Assembly: GCF_964355755.1 (NCBI RefSeq)
Contig: NC_092671.1
Coordinates: 22,704,070-22,768,069 of the forward strand
DNA: 64,000 bases
Direction: 5' to 3'
Source of the DNA: Antedon mediterranea
Taxonomy: Eukaryota; Animalia; Echinodermata
The notes below the pieces were generated by a model. It did no database searches, was not told where the DNA came from, and saw only the letters and a list, made by a program, of their open reading frames with translations. This document shows positions 12,630-26,395 of the stretch, one piece after another. The translations under genes were made by a program, and so were the position numbers. Each line of letters opens with the position of its first letter. Positions within the stretch are counted from its first letter, which is position 1.

Positions 12630-14270
12630 TTTAGGGTAGGGGGTAACACTTTTGCTAATACCTCGGGATTTAATGAACAGATTTGCATTTTCTTGGTATC
12701 AATATGTAGTGTATAGACTGCTTAAGTGTAATATATTTTTCTAAGTAAATCCAACAATTATTGACGCCATTAGAGGTCAGAAGGTCATTGAACTTTAATA
12801 AAAAATGATTTTTTTGTCTAATATTACGGTAACTTATAACTTTCAGTTTTTAACAACAAAAATACAATAGATGTTATGCAAACTAATGTTTTCATGAACA
12901 TATAGACCCAATAAACAAGAAAATTGAAAGATTAACAAAATATGAATATGCTGTGTATTATGAAGAAATTTGTTGTTTTTAGTAATATGTAATCGTTTAC
13001 AATTATTATGGGGTAGGGGGTAACATTTTTGCGAATAACTTACAATTTAGTTAACAGATTTGCATTTTCTTGCTATCAATATGTAGTGTATAGATTGCCT
13101 AATTGTAATATACTTTTTAAAAATGAATCCCGCATTTGTTGACATCTTTAGACGTCAAAAGGTCACTGACCTTTAATAAAAAATGCAATTTCTTCTAAAT
13201 TAGCTTATATATTTCAATTTTAAACACAAAAATACAGGAAATCTTATGCAAACTAATGTTTTCTTAAACCTATAGACACAATAAATAAGAAAATTTAATT
13301 TAACATTTTTTCAAAATTGAATATGCTGTGCATTATAAAGAAACTTGTTCGTCATTAGTAATTTGTGACAATTATGGGGTAGGGGTAACGTTTTTGCAAA
13401 TAACTTAAGATTTAGTGAACAGATTTACATTTTCATGTTATCATTATGTAGTGTATAGATAGATTATTGTAATATACTTTTTAAAAATGAATCCAGCATC
13501 TATTGACGTCTTTAGAGGTCAAAGGTCAATGACCTTAAATCAAAAATTCAATTTCTTCTAAATTAACTTATACATTTCAATTTTAAACACAAACTTACAA
13601 AAGATCTTATGTTGATGTTTTCCTAAACATATACACACAATGAATAAGAAAATTGAAATTAAACAAACAAATATTCTATGAATTTATGAAGACATTTTGT
13701 CCGTTAATAATAATTTGTTATTAACAATTATAGGGTAAGGGGTAACATTTTTTCTAATAACTTTGTATTTAGTGATCACATTTGCATTTTTTTGTATTAA
13801 TATGTACTGTGTAGGTTGCCTAATTGTTATATTCATGTTGAAAAAATAAAACGTAACATATTGACATCATTGTAGGTCAAAGGATCATTGAACATTACCA
13901 AAAATTACAATTTCTTCCAAATTTAACATTAATAAAGTTTCAATTTTAAACACAAAAATACAACAAATCTATTACAAACTGGTGTTTTTTTTTCAAACCT
14001 ATAAAGACAATGTACAAATACAAATTAAAGTTAAAGATTAAACACAAATAAACATGTATAGGCACTAACAATATGAAGAATTTTGACCGTATTAGTAATT
14101 TGTAATCCTTAAAAATTATGGGGTAAGGGGTAACATTTTTCTAATAACTTTGAATTTATTGAACATATTTTGCATTTCTTGGTAACAATAAGTAGGGTAC
14201 TGTATAAACTGTTTAATTAAAAATTGTTATATCAAAGAATTATGCAACATTTTGATCTCAAATAATATTA
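12630..14270 (+). repeat. ~370-bp tandem repeat (about 4.5 copies) in the left foldback arm; mirrored at 20340-21945
   Basis: GGGGTA(G/A)GGGGTAACA(C/T)TTTT anchor recurs at about 12634, 13010, 13377, 13732 and 14119. Confidence 0.85.
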
Positions 14271-14436
14271 CCAATAGTGGTTGTGTAGTTTTATTTAAAG
14301 CCTCTAGACAAAATTTTAGTATTTAGTGTTGTTGTGGGGTACAAAATAACATTATGCATGACTTGTTGGAGGGTATACATTATTGAAAAAAAAATTAATG
14401 ATTTTGTTTTAATATGAGGATAGGAGCTTTATAAAA

Positions 14437-14636
14437 ACATTTATTTCATCGTGAAATTACAGGGTGGATAAACTATTTTATAATTTATCGTGATTAAAAA
14501 CTAAGTCTCACTTAAGGCTTAAGGAGTGGAGTTGAAAGAGTCGCGAGTTACAAGCCTGACACTAGGTCAGGATTGAACCCCGGACCTTGGGATTGGAAGG
14601 CAAGTACGTTAACCACCAAGCTACAGCTCCACTACT
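14437..14636 (-). mobile_element. tRNA-derived SINE
   Basis: Minus strand GGAGCTGTAGCTTGGTGGTTAA (A box)...CCTTCCAAT...GGTTCAATCC (B box, 14570-14579), no paired acceptor stem, unrelated tail; absent from the mirror arm. Confidence 0.7.
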
Positions 14637-16092
14637 TTAGATAGAGTATTTGGTTATTTTTTAAATACATATCCTCCGGCTACTGTTTTTAGGCTATACT
14701 GTATAAATTGTTATTATTTTACAGATCGTACTTTAAATCAATTAATCGACTTATATAGTAATTTTAAAAATGACACTAGGGCCTACCAATTAAATTTGTA
14801 TTTAAAAGATATTCTTTTTCTATAAATGTTCATCTGACATTTTCCTGTATCTTGGTTTACAAAAATGAACTCCGTAACAATATGTAAATGTTTCAGATCT
14901 GCATATCAGCTGCAGTTTAGTAATTCACACTTTCTAGAAAAATTAATTCTATTATATTACATCGTCAAATTCCAGTAAAGCCTACATCATTTAAAACAAC
15001 TGTGTACGGTATATATAGAAATCTTTAAAAGACATGATTTTGTTATCGCAAACTGAAGTATGATCTTGTGCAATGTACCTTGACATTTTGGAATGTGATA
15101 CTTTGCAAGTTTCCCGATTTTGATCAACGTTACCGTTAATATCTTTTAAAATGTTATAAAAAAAAGCTGACGAAAATACTAGAACCAAGTACACTGGTAC
15201 AGTACGTTATAGTCTTCAGTCTGTATTATCTAGAGATGTGAAGTGCATCCAACAATGAATAGAAACACTATTTGGCTCAGTGGCGTCTGTGAGTAATGAG
15301 GAAAATGTAAAGTATGCATGACAGTCTCTTCTGAAGATGTACCAGATATGATTTTTCCTTCCTGTGTAAATTGTATTGACTGGACCTTCTCACCTAACTT
15401 TAGGTGATTGTGTCAGAGTTATCCTCCAATATAATTGTTAATTTCCATGTCAATGTCTCTATCGACACAATATTTTGGGTCCTTTCCAGGATCGAGTCCA
15501 GAAAATACAAAGAAACTGAAGACCGTAACATGCTGCACCAGTGTTCTTGGTTAAAACATTGGTTAATAGATATTACTGGTAACCTTGATCAAAATGGTAA
15601 AAACTTAGAACCACCTTCGACCATGCCAAGATATATGGCACATACTTCAAACTGCGATATGAAAACATTGAGATACCCAGTTCTTTCAAACGTATGTGGA
15701 AGATGTGGAATAATAGCTAATATGAAAATCTAAAAAATTGACATATTAATGAGTTTGAATAAACTAACTGTTTTCTTTAAATCAAGATGAAGTAAAATGT
15801 AATTGTCCTGTAATATTACAATACCATAACAGTTTTGTTTAGAAAACTATCTCATTTGCATTTGCAAACCAGATGAACAATTATAACCTTAGAATATCTT
15901 ATCAGTTACAAATAAAAGATATAATTGGTAATCTAAACAATTTCTATGATTACTATAGACAATTGAATGTTTAGAATATGTAAATTACAAAAAACAATTT
16001 GTAACACAGAAGCTGGACGTTTATTATTATCAATATGTAATAACAATGAAACATCAAAGATATATTTATTATCCTCATAATGATAAATCAAA

Positions 16093-19000
16093 CTAGAATT
16101 TAATTCGTCACTTTGACGAATTATAGGTGATCATTTTTATCATTTTAATGAAATTAACATTTTTTAAACATGCACGTACGTTAACATACGATCGTAAAAA
16201 GCTGATGTACGCCATCCTATGACATGATGCATATACACTTATAATGCTGAGTTGTACCTATTATGTGTCATATACAATATGTACAGTATACTGTATATCT
16301 CTATACAGTGTAGCATAGGTGAAATTACGGACACACATCATGTTCTAAGTTTTTGGCACTGATGACATTATAAAAAAAAACTTGTGGATAACAATATCGA
16401 AAGATAATGAATTGAGCAATAAAATATCACAATTGGAAGAAAATTTGGCACGTAGAAGCGCGGTGCGCGCTCTTTAAAATTTGTATAAATTTGACAAAAG
16501 AGATGAAAAAACTACTTTTTAACTTCAAATGGCCATATGATGATGTCACAACATTCGATAGGCTTAACTTTTATATGAATCCATATCTACATTTCACCAG
16601 CTCTCATAATAAGTTTTAAACATCAAGGTCAAATTTAATTCAGAAGAGCAGTAAGGTATTCAAATAGACGGTCTATGGTCTATGACAAAAGGGGAAAAAC
16701 CTCTATTTTAAAAATTCATGTGGCCAAATGATGACGTCATACCATTTTGTACGTCTAATGTGTATATACATTTAGGCGTCATCTACAAATTATTTCAGAC
16801 CACAGAGACGCGTCTGAAAACTTGCAACCCATCAGACGCGTCTGTCCAATGCTGAACCTCATTAACGATCTATTATGAATATTCATGAGCTACCCAATCG
16901 CGGCGAAGACGCGTCTGTGTGATTAAAACCCGTCTTCCCTGTTTAGTAGGTAAAACAATAGAAAACGCGTCTGAGTGATTAAAACCCGTCTGTATTGCTT
17001 GTATGGTGAAACAACATTGGTATCATTTCACAGAACCAACAAATCTGAGACTAGGCCTAGGTTATCCTAATTTGGACGGAAATTTGCCGATGAGACGACA
17101 TCGGGCCTGGCCTGTGGACCTCAGCTCATGCAGAGAGAAAGAAAGTCTAGTCTAGCCTAGTTTCGGCGGCCTAGGCCTACACTAGGCCTATAAATTATTT
17201 AACGCTCCTACCTTGCCTTGGGTTAGCGAATTATAAAAACAACGACACCTAGGCCTAGGCTAGGATATGAAAAATAAATATATATTCCATATTAAGATTT
17301 AACATAGGCCTTTTAAAATGATTACGACATGTGTAAAGAAAAAGGCGCGACCAGAATTTGCAGGGGTAAAACATGTGAGCAGTTTAGAGCTAGAGGAGAG
17401 AGTATTATGTTTCATGTCATGTGACACAAAATCCAGGTACACGATCTTAATTACTGTTTTATCGTCGTCAGACGCACGGCAGCCGCCAGAGTATCGCGTT
17501 TCATGCCATGTGACAAAAAAAACTAGGTCTGTATTTATTACGGTCTTCTGTCGGCAGTCTTTTTGAGCGACCGACTGAAAACGTTCTGATACTATATTTA
17601 GAATGAATTGTTTACGATCTTTTTTTCTCGGCATCGTTCTGGATGGACTGGACATTCGCTATAATATGTTTATTAGTTGGCCTGTTCGTTGAGGTTCACC
17701 TGTGTTGGATCGCGCGTCTCTACGTTTACATCGTGGGAAATTTATATTTATATTCGCCGTTGAGTAGGTAAACACGCACGAAGGAAACGATTACGATTAA
17801 AAAAATATTATATATTTACAACTTGGTCCTCCGCCAGTTAAATTTAACACATTAATTTCACACCTTCTTACTTCACTAAGAACATCGTAGGGTTGTTTAT
17901 TTAGGTTACGAACTCCCTACGAAGTTCAGAACATAGCTCATTAAAAGTTGTTTATTGAGGTTACGAAGCCAAACAATGGAACCTACGAAGCCAACAACGT
18001 AGCCTACGAAGCTACTTCGTAGGTAAAGTTGCAATATTTTCTTTCTGTACTGTAGGTCAATAGTTTGAGTGATTCCATGTTCCAAAAGTTAACTTTAACG
18101 TTTTTGCATGTGGTAAATTCACTCTTTAGCACAAGAAAAATAAAATCGCAAAAATAAAAGGTCGCGAATAAATAGAAACGAAAATTTGCGCTTTACAGTA
18201 TACTCTGTCGGCGGTTAAAGGGTATACCTGTACTGATTTGTTTGTCTTACTGCCGGTTGTAAATAATAATTTAATATCACGCTCTCAATGAATTCACTTG
18301 TATGTAGCGCGTTTAACACCAGTACAGAGTATAACAATGTGCAGTCAGCCGTATATAGGGGCGGGGCCATAGTCGAACATGCATATTGGCGTCTAGACGC
18401 AGCCAAATCAGACGGGTTTTGAGACGCGTTTTTGGGTAAACAATAGAAAACGCGTCTGGACGCTGATTTGTGGTCTGAAATAATTTGTAGATGACGCCTT
18501 ATCTACAACTCATTGGCTTCCATAATAAGTTAAAACAATTGGGGGTCACCGTGCATTCTGAAGAATTATTTTCATTTGAAAAATGCCTTGTTTTTTACAA
18601 TTTTTAGCACTTTTGTACAATTAATGTGCGCATTTTGTCATTTTTAACGTGCTCGTATAGCACTATTTTAAGTCGAAATGGACTCAAATTTGGTGAATGC
18701 ACCAAGGAAGATGAGTAGAATGCAGTTTGTACAAAAAAATTGTATTTTTTACGCTTTCTATGTACGCACGCGCAAAAACGTGTTTTTGTGCAGTAATTTT
18801 TTAAAACACGCAAATGGCCTAATTCATGCTCTAAGTTGATCAAAACGTAATTTTGAACTTTTAAAATTGTTAACGCGCAATTTCACGCGCATGACCCAAC
18901 GTGCACGTGCGTTTTTATTTGCATTTTAAGAATCGCGTGCGCCAAAGCGTGTTTTTGCGCAGTAATTTTTTTAAACACGCAAATGGCCTAATTCATGCTC

Positions 19001-19380
19001 TAAATTGATCAAAACTTAATTTTGAGCTTTTTAAAATTTTAAGGCGCGATTTCACATGCATGACCTTGAAACGCGCGAGTTTATATTTGCCAATATTTTT
19101 TAGCTTGACCTGAAGATTACGTGTAGTGAATTTCATTAATATGTGATAATTAATTATGGAGATATGATTGATAATGTGATTTCACAAAATGGCGTATAAA
19201 TGACGTCACGGATGAGTGATCACGCTGAAAAGCTTATTAGGACTAAGTTAAAGTATTTGAAAGACATTCTGAAATTTTGGTAATCACTGACATTAAACTT
19301 TTTGAGATATTTGTTAAACAAAATCTGTACAAAAAGAAATTGCGAAGAAACATTTTTTTTTATATATAAAAACAATTTCA
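16093..19380 (-). mobile_element. Helentron-like element, family B, interrupted by a Harbinger MITE
   Basis: CTAG 16093-16096, hairpin AATTCGTCA-CTT-TGACGAATT, subTIR TAGGTGATCATTTT; body resumes at 18502 exactly as in the uninterrupted copy at 5420-5450. Confidence 0.75.
16775..18498. mobile_element. Non-autonomous PIF/Harbinger-like element
   Basis: Perfect 30-bp TIR GGCGTCATCTACAAATTATTTCAGACCACA; TTA TSD (16772-16774, 18499-18501); AGACGCGTCT subterminal motifs at both ends; no transposase. Confidence 0.85.
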
Positions 19381-19382
19381 CA

Positions 19383-20245
19383 CTAGAATTTAATTCGTCA
19401 CTTTGACGAATTATAGGTGATCATTTTCATCATTTTAATGAAATTAACATTTTTTAAACATGCACGTACGTTAACATACGATCGTAAAAAGCTGATGTAC
19501 GCCATCCTATGACATGATGCATATACACTTATAGTGCTGAGTTGTGCCTATTATATGCCATATACATTATGTACAGTATATACTGTATATCTATATACAG
19601 TGTAGCATAGGTGAAATTACGGGACCCACATCATATTCTAATTTTTTGGTATGATGACGTTGTCAAAATAAAATTGTGGATAACAATATCGAAAGATAAT
19701 GAATTGAGCAATAAAATATAACAATTGGAAGAAAAATTGCACGTAGAAGCGCGGTGCGCGCTCTTTAAAATTTGTATAACTTTGACAAAAAAAATGAAAA
19801 AACTACTTTTTAATTTCAACTGGCCATATGATAACGTTATAACATCCGATAGGCATAATTTTTAAAATGATATAAATTAAACTTTTGCAAAGTTTCAAGT
19901 TGAAATGTTATTTGGTTGTCGAGCTATGTTAAATACGACAAAATCGTTAAATGGCGCGTAAGTCACGTTGCGCAATTGTAAACGTCATGAAAAGCTTCGC
20001 TTGACGACGTTACGTAAATGTCAATATGTTAAGATAGTTACCGAAATGTTATGTTTGCGAGTTTTAGAGAAAAGCGTTACACAAAAATCATACAGAAAGA
20101 AAGAAGAAGAAGAAAAAGTTGATGATGATGATGATGATTTTGTACAATCACAAGAGGTTATCCTGCAACTTCGTTGCGGATAACCAAAAATAAAGATTTC
20201 ATACAATAACAATAGGTGATCATTTTATTCTAAATGATCACCTAA
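19383..20245 (-). mobile_element. Chimeric Helentron-like element (family B 3' end, family A segment, A-type then B-type 5' hairpins)
   Basis: CTAG 19383-19386 with B hairpin and subTIR; switches near 19865 to sequence like 4095-4340; hairpins at 20156-20185 (A) and 20213-20244 (B). Confidence 0.7.
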
Positions 20246-22440
20246 TAATGTATACCTTCCAAAAAGTCATGCATTTTGTTATTTCGTACCCCATAACAAT
20301 ATTAAACGATGAATTTTTTTCTATAGGTTTAATAAGTTAAAAACCACATAAATCTACTGGTAATAACATTTTGATAATTTTTTAATATATAGCAATTAAA
20401 CAGTTTATATACTACTTATTGGTTCCTAGAAATGCAAAATATGTTGACTAAATTCAAAGTTATTAGCAAAAATTTTACCCCTTACCCCATAATTTTTAAT
20501 AATTACAAATTACTATTACGGTCACAATTCCTAATATTATTACACATGTTTATTTGTTTTTAATCTTTAACTTCAATTTCTTGTCCATTGTCTTTATAGG
20601 TTTAAAAAAAAAGTTAGATTTGGTGTATTTTTGCGTTAAATATTGAAACTTTATTAATGTTACATTTGGACGAAATTGCATTTCTTTAAATGTTCAATGA
20701 CCATTTGACCTACAATGATGTCAATATATGTTACGTTTTATTTTTTCACAATGAATATAACAATTAGGCAACCTACGCAGTACATATTAATACAAAGAAT
20801 ATGCAAATGTGATCACTAAATAAAAAGTTATTAGGAAAAATGTAACCCCTTACCCTATAATTGTTAATAATACATTACTATTAACAGACAGAATGTCCTC
20901 ATAAATTCACAGAATATTTGTTTGTTAAATTCAATTTTCTTATTTATTGTGTCTATAGGTTTAAGAAAACATTAGTTTGCATAAGATATCTTGTATTTTT
21001 GTGTTTAAAATTGAAATGTATAAGCTAATTTAGAAGAAATTGCATTTTTGATTAAAGGTCATTGACCTTTGACCTCTAAAAGACATCAATAGATGTTCGA
21101 TTCATTTTTTAAAAGCATATTACAATAAAGAAATCCATACACTACATACTGATAACAAGAAAATGTAAATCTGTTCACTAATTCTTAAGTTATTTGCAAA
21201 AACGTTACCCCTACCCCATTATTGTCAAAGATTGACGAAAACATTTCTATACAATGCACAGCATATTCAACTTCAATTTTCTTATTTATTGTGTCTATAG
21301 GTTTAAGAAAACATTAGTTTGCATAAGATATCTTGTATTTTTGTGTTTAAAATTGAAATTTATAAGCTAATTTAGAAGAAATTGCATTTTTTATTAAAGG
21401 TCAGTGACCTTTTGACCTCTAAAGATGTCAATAAATGCGGGATTCCATTTTAAAAAGTATATTACAATTAGGCAATCTATACACTACATACTGATAGCAA
21501 GAAAATGCAAATCTGTTAACTAAATTGTAAGTTATTCGCAAAAATGTTACCCCCTACCCCATAATAATTGTAAACGATTACATATTACTAAAAACAACAA
21601 ATTTCTTCATATTACACAGCATATTCATATTTTGTTAATCTTTAACTTCAATTTTCTTGTTTATTGGGTCTATATGTTCATGAAAACATCAGTTTGCATA
21701 ACATCTATTGTATTTTTTTGGTTAAAAACTGAAAGTTATAAGTTAATATTAGACAAAAAATCATTTTTTACTAAAGTTCAATGACCTTCTGACCTCTAAT
21801 GGCGTCAATAATTGTTGGATTTACTTAGAAAAATATATTACACTTAAGCAGTCTATACACTACATATTGATACCAAGAAAATGCAAATCTGTTCATTAAA
21901 TCCCGAGTTATTAGCAAAAGTGTTACCCCCCTACCCCAAAATGTTGTGTTGCATATTTTCCGTAGGCAGTGTTATATAATCCTAAAAAATGACTATTAAG
22001 CTGTACAATTGGCATTGCTATCATGGATTTCTGAAAAGTAGACATATTAAGCTTTCCAAAAATGTATGGTAGCATTTGCCACCAATTTGATACTGCTTTC
22101 GCAAAAAACTGGACCTGGCCCATGGACTAAGAAGTTGAAATCGTTGACCGATAAAATATATATATACACAATACGAACAATATTAGCTGGAAATAAATTC
22201 TTTAAGTTCACGTTTAAAGGAAATAATATTTTCAGATTGTCGAATGATTTTAGGAATCATATTAAAATACATAGGCGCTTTATAATGAAACATTGTTTAA
22301 AAATCGCTAATGAAGGTCGAGGAACAATATAATTACAAATTAGAGATGGATCTGGTAGTTGGTCGACCTCTGGTGAAAATTCTATCATTCAATCCTGATT
22401 TAACAAAAATAGTAACGTTTTATAATAATTAATTAATTAA

Positions 22441-22980
22441 CTAGATTGGAACTCGTCACTATGGACGAGTTAGGTTATCCTCCGCGCAAATGCCATGTGC
22501 ATGTCATATGTTAGAATATTGCGATTAAGCAATTGTGACCTGAAGAAAATAAAATTTCATTTTAATGTTAGTGTGCTTTTTATTTTGTGTCTAAATATAT
22601 AGTTTACACTATTTACTGTATACATACTACATACAGTAAAGCATAGGTGAAAATAACGGGAATCGCCTTTTATTCCAATTTTTAACATGATGAAGTCATC
22701 AAAATGAGACACGTATTGAGTGTTGAAGAAATTTGAATATGTAGAATATAGATGTGCGCTTGTTTTATGTAATGAACTATGACGCAAAAGATGAAAATAC
22801 AACTTGACATATTATGATGAAGTCACAACATTCGAGGAGCAAAATTTGTACATGAATTTGCATCTACAATTCAACAGCTTCCAGAAAACGTTTTAATCAT
22901 GAGTATCACTTTTCATTCTGAGGGGCTACAATATATTGAAATTAACTTTAATGATGAAAATAAGGGGCCCAAGTAATCAA
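22441..22980 (-). mobile_element. Diverged Helentron family A 3' part, truncated by an LTR element
   Basis: CTAG 22441-22444, AACTCGTC-ACTATG-GACGAGTT hairpin, GTTATCC subTIR; body similar to 3010-3420. Confidence 0.65.
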
Positions 22981-22987
22981 GCACAAA

Positions 22988-24947
22988 TGTGCGATACTCG
23001 GGGTACAGCAAAAGAAACTGTAATGACGTCATAAGACGGGATATAGTGTCACATACACATCAATAACCTTGCTACAAAATGTTGCCTGTATAAAGAGTGA
23101 TACCACCCTCTATATTTTAGAGCACATGTATTGATATCTTGAATAAAGAGAGTTGTTAATATCAAGGTTAATCATTGTCGTATGAAGTCTTTAATCATAA
23201 AAAAACAATACATAAAACATGGTGACAGAAGTAGGATTATCGTGATACAAAGAATTTGGACATTTTTGTGTACGCCTAACGCTCTACGTAGATCTAGCGT
23301 TGATCGTCCAGCCCAACCAGTAATAGCTCAAGCAGTTTTGTGATTGATTTATTGACGCGGTATAGGCCTAAGACGTATTATCAGTTACGCTGTGTAGTGT
23401 GGAAGCAGTGCCTTTGTTGTAATGAGTGTAGTAATATACTAATACTGTACTATTAAGTAAGTTTATAGTATACATTGTTAAATTCAGTTTCAATCTAGAT
23501 TAAGATCAGTGTGTTATACCTATTTATAAACGTCTAAATGTATAAATGTTTGCCGGATGGCAATTAACCCCATGCAGGTCATGGTATTAAGAATTTTAGG
23601 TTTCCTCTCCCTCCAAATATATCTTCCAAAAGGAAATATGAAAACCAAATGGCAAATTTATAAGCAGTTGTGGACATCATACGAGTTACTAACAGGTTTA
23701 AAAAATCAGGCAATGCAATATCGTGTTGCTACGTTTATCACATGCATTGGTCAAAATGCCCTAGAAGTTCACACAGGTTTACCTTTTTAAAACTGAAGAA
23801 GATAAAAGCAATTTAGATACCATATTAGATTTATGGGAAGAGTATTTTTGTGGGCAAACACTAATGTTATATTTGAAAGATTTTGCATTAACAAGTGTAA
23901 TCAAACTACGTTTGATCAATATTTGGTCAAGTTACGTAAATTAGCCTCTATTTGTGAATATGGCAATATGGGCAGTGACTTGATTAGAGACAGACCGTCT
24001 GTGGTATTCTGGATGATGATATAAAAAAAGAATTATTAAATGAAAGTAAAGTTGCACTTGAAAATTGTATATCAATTGTTAAAAGCTTTGAGGCAACAGC
24101 ACATCGAGCCAAATCGATGTCTTTGCTGTGTAGAAAAGAAAAATGGTAAATTGCGCCTATGCATTGATCCTCGGTCTCTTAACTGCGCACTAAAACGCAG
24201 TCACTATCCTCTCCCTGTTATAGAGGAAATACTACCTGAATTGGATGGAGTAAAGGTGTTTTCTAAGGCTGATTGAATGAAGGGTTTCTCCAATGTAAAC
24301 TAGAAAAGGAGTCCACAAAACTGACTACATTTCAATATTCTTGGGGTCATTGGAAATATTTGAGAATGCCTCAGGGCATACAGTAGGCCCCGCTCCTGAA
24401 CTTTTCCAGCAAAAACTAAATCAGTCATTGGATGGTCTCAAAGGCGAACACATTGTCGTACAATATTACGTTAAACAAAGATAAGTTTAAATACAAGTTA
24501 GAATCGCTGCATTTCATCGAACATGTCTTAACTGCAAATGGTCTCCAATCAGATCCAAAGAAAGTAAACGCCGTGATTAATATGCCAACACCTGATTCGC
24601 CAACCGCAGTGCAGAGACTGAATGGTATGATTAAATACCTTGCTAAGTTTATTCCTAGTCTATCGCATTTGAACGAACCATTACGCAGGCTAAATCACAA
24701 AAATCAACCTTGGGACTGGTCACCAGACCGCCAAAAAGCCTTTGACAATATTAAACAAGCTCTATCGCAGGCTCCAGTTCTCAAGTATTTTGATACTAAA
24801 TGTCCAACTGAAGGACAAGGTGATGCAACAGAAGCCCGTCTTGGATTTGCACTCCTTTAAGAAGGCCTCTCTGTTATGTACGCCAGTAGAGCTTTGACGA
24901 GCGCTGAACGTAACTACTCTCAAAATGAGAAAGAACTTTTAGCAGAG
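22988..24947 (+). mobile_element. Degenerate Gypsy/Ty3 LTR retrotransposon (5' LTR, gag, deleted RT, RNase H start)
   Basis: Probable LTR 22988-23219 (TG..CA) then PBS TGGTGACAGAAGT; broken gag (ATFITCIG, LRKLASICEYG..LIRDR); RT KKNGKLRLCIDPRSLN.ALKRSHYPLP with protease and YxDD segments deleted; RNase H DA...LG..LL, YASRALT..ERNYSQ.EKELLA. Confidence 0.85.
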
Positions 24948-26395
24948 GTTTACTTACTTACTTGTTTACTTGTTTCCGGAGCTCAGCAATGCTGGGTCCG
25001 GAGTCGAGGCTAGGCTATGCCTATAAGCCCCTCTTGATAATTATATCAACTCTTGAATATGGCGCAAATTTAAGAGGGTGGTTGGACCATGCCCGTTCAA
25101 GACCGGACTTAAATTGATTGGTTGATCTTGAAGCTACTACATCCTCCGATAACGAATTCCATAATATAATAGCTTTTCGACCAAATGAGTCCCTCATCCA
25201 ATTTGTGCGTGAGAACTTAAATTTTAATTTAAAAGAATGACCACGTGTTCTAACATCTTCATCACGCTCAAAAAAAGAATCAGCAGAAATACTATCCACT
25301 CCATGTAAAATTTTAAAAATCTGTATCAAATGAGCTCTTTGCCTTCTGTATGCGAGAGTAGGTAGGTTGAGAATTTTCAGCCTTTCTGAATAAGGTAAAT
25401 GACGAATGGAAAAAATAAGCTTGGTGGCACGTTCTTGGACTTTTTCCAATAGGTCTTCCTCCTTACAATGTAGCGAGTTAAAAACAACGTTGCAGTATTC
25501 CAAGGTCGGACGAATAATAGCTTTATATAAACGAAGAAACCCATCCATATTTAAAAACTTGAAAGCTCGATATACCATGCCCAACTTCCGATTTGCTCTC
25601 ATTGCTACATCTGCCACATGTACATTAAAAACAAGTTTAGAGTCAATAGTAACACCGAGGTCTTTTTCATGATCAACTTCATTCAATAAGAAACCACGCA
25701 TGGCATACAGATGTTTGTTGTTTTTCTTCCCAAAGTGCATTACTTTGCACTTACCCTCGTTAAAAGGTAATTGCCATTTGTCAGACCAGTCACATGCTTT
25801 CTCTAAATCTTCTTGTAGGACTTGAGCATCATTCACAGTGTTAACTACTCTATACAATTTAGTATCATCTGCAAACATGCGTACAGAGGAAGAAATAACA
25901 GAAGGTAAATCATTTATAAACATAATGAAAAGAACAGGTCCAACGACGCTTCCTTGCGGGATACCACTACGAACATCAGCCCAATCTGAAACACATCCAT
26001 TGACACTAACCCGTTGTTGTCTATCGTTAAGAAATTCTTGAAACCAGTTTAGAAGTTTACCTCTAATACCCAATGCACTCATTTTCAGAAGGAGTCTATG
26101 ATGAGGCACACTATCGAAAGCCTTCTTGTAGTCAAGGTAGATACAATCAAAACAATCCTGATTATCAAAATAAGAAAACCAGTTTTCAAGAACATCAAGT
26201 AATTGTAAAGCACAGGAACGACCTTGCCGGAAACCAAATTGCTCATAACAAATAAGTGAGTGAACTTCCTGATAATTCTCTCCATAATTTTACCAACTAC
26301 CGAAGTTAAACTCACAGGTCTATAGTTGCTTGGGTCAGACTTCACTCCTTTTTTAAAAATCGGTACCACTGTAGCCCGTTTCCAACTATTAGAAA
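24948..26395 (-). mobile_element. 5'-truncated CR1-type LINE (RT and C-terminus, one frameshift)
   Basis: ORFs 26085-26369 (NYRPVSLTS) and 25021-26109 (SGIPQGSVVGP, MFADD, TRGHSFKL); (GTAA)n-type tail at 24948-24972. Confidence 0.9.

Larger units (their letters stand above)
12452..22129. mobile_element. Non-autonomous foldback DNA transposon, Academ-like, ~2.5-2.8 kb inverted arms
   Basis: Termini TAGTCCATGGGCCAG / CTGGCCCATGGACTA, flanked by AGA on both sides (12449-12451, 22130-22132). Arms pair 12452-14385 with 20245-22129 and 14395-15220 with 15500-16090. TAG..CTA ends, 3-bp TSD and long TIRs are Academ features. Confidence 0.65.

Noticed and set aside
14565-14632. tRNA-Gly gene
   Set aside because: A and B boxes are present but the acceptor and anticodon stems do not pair; better explained as a SINE head.
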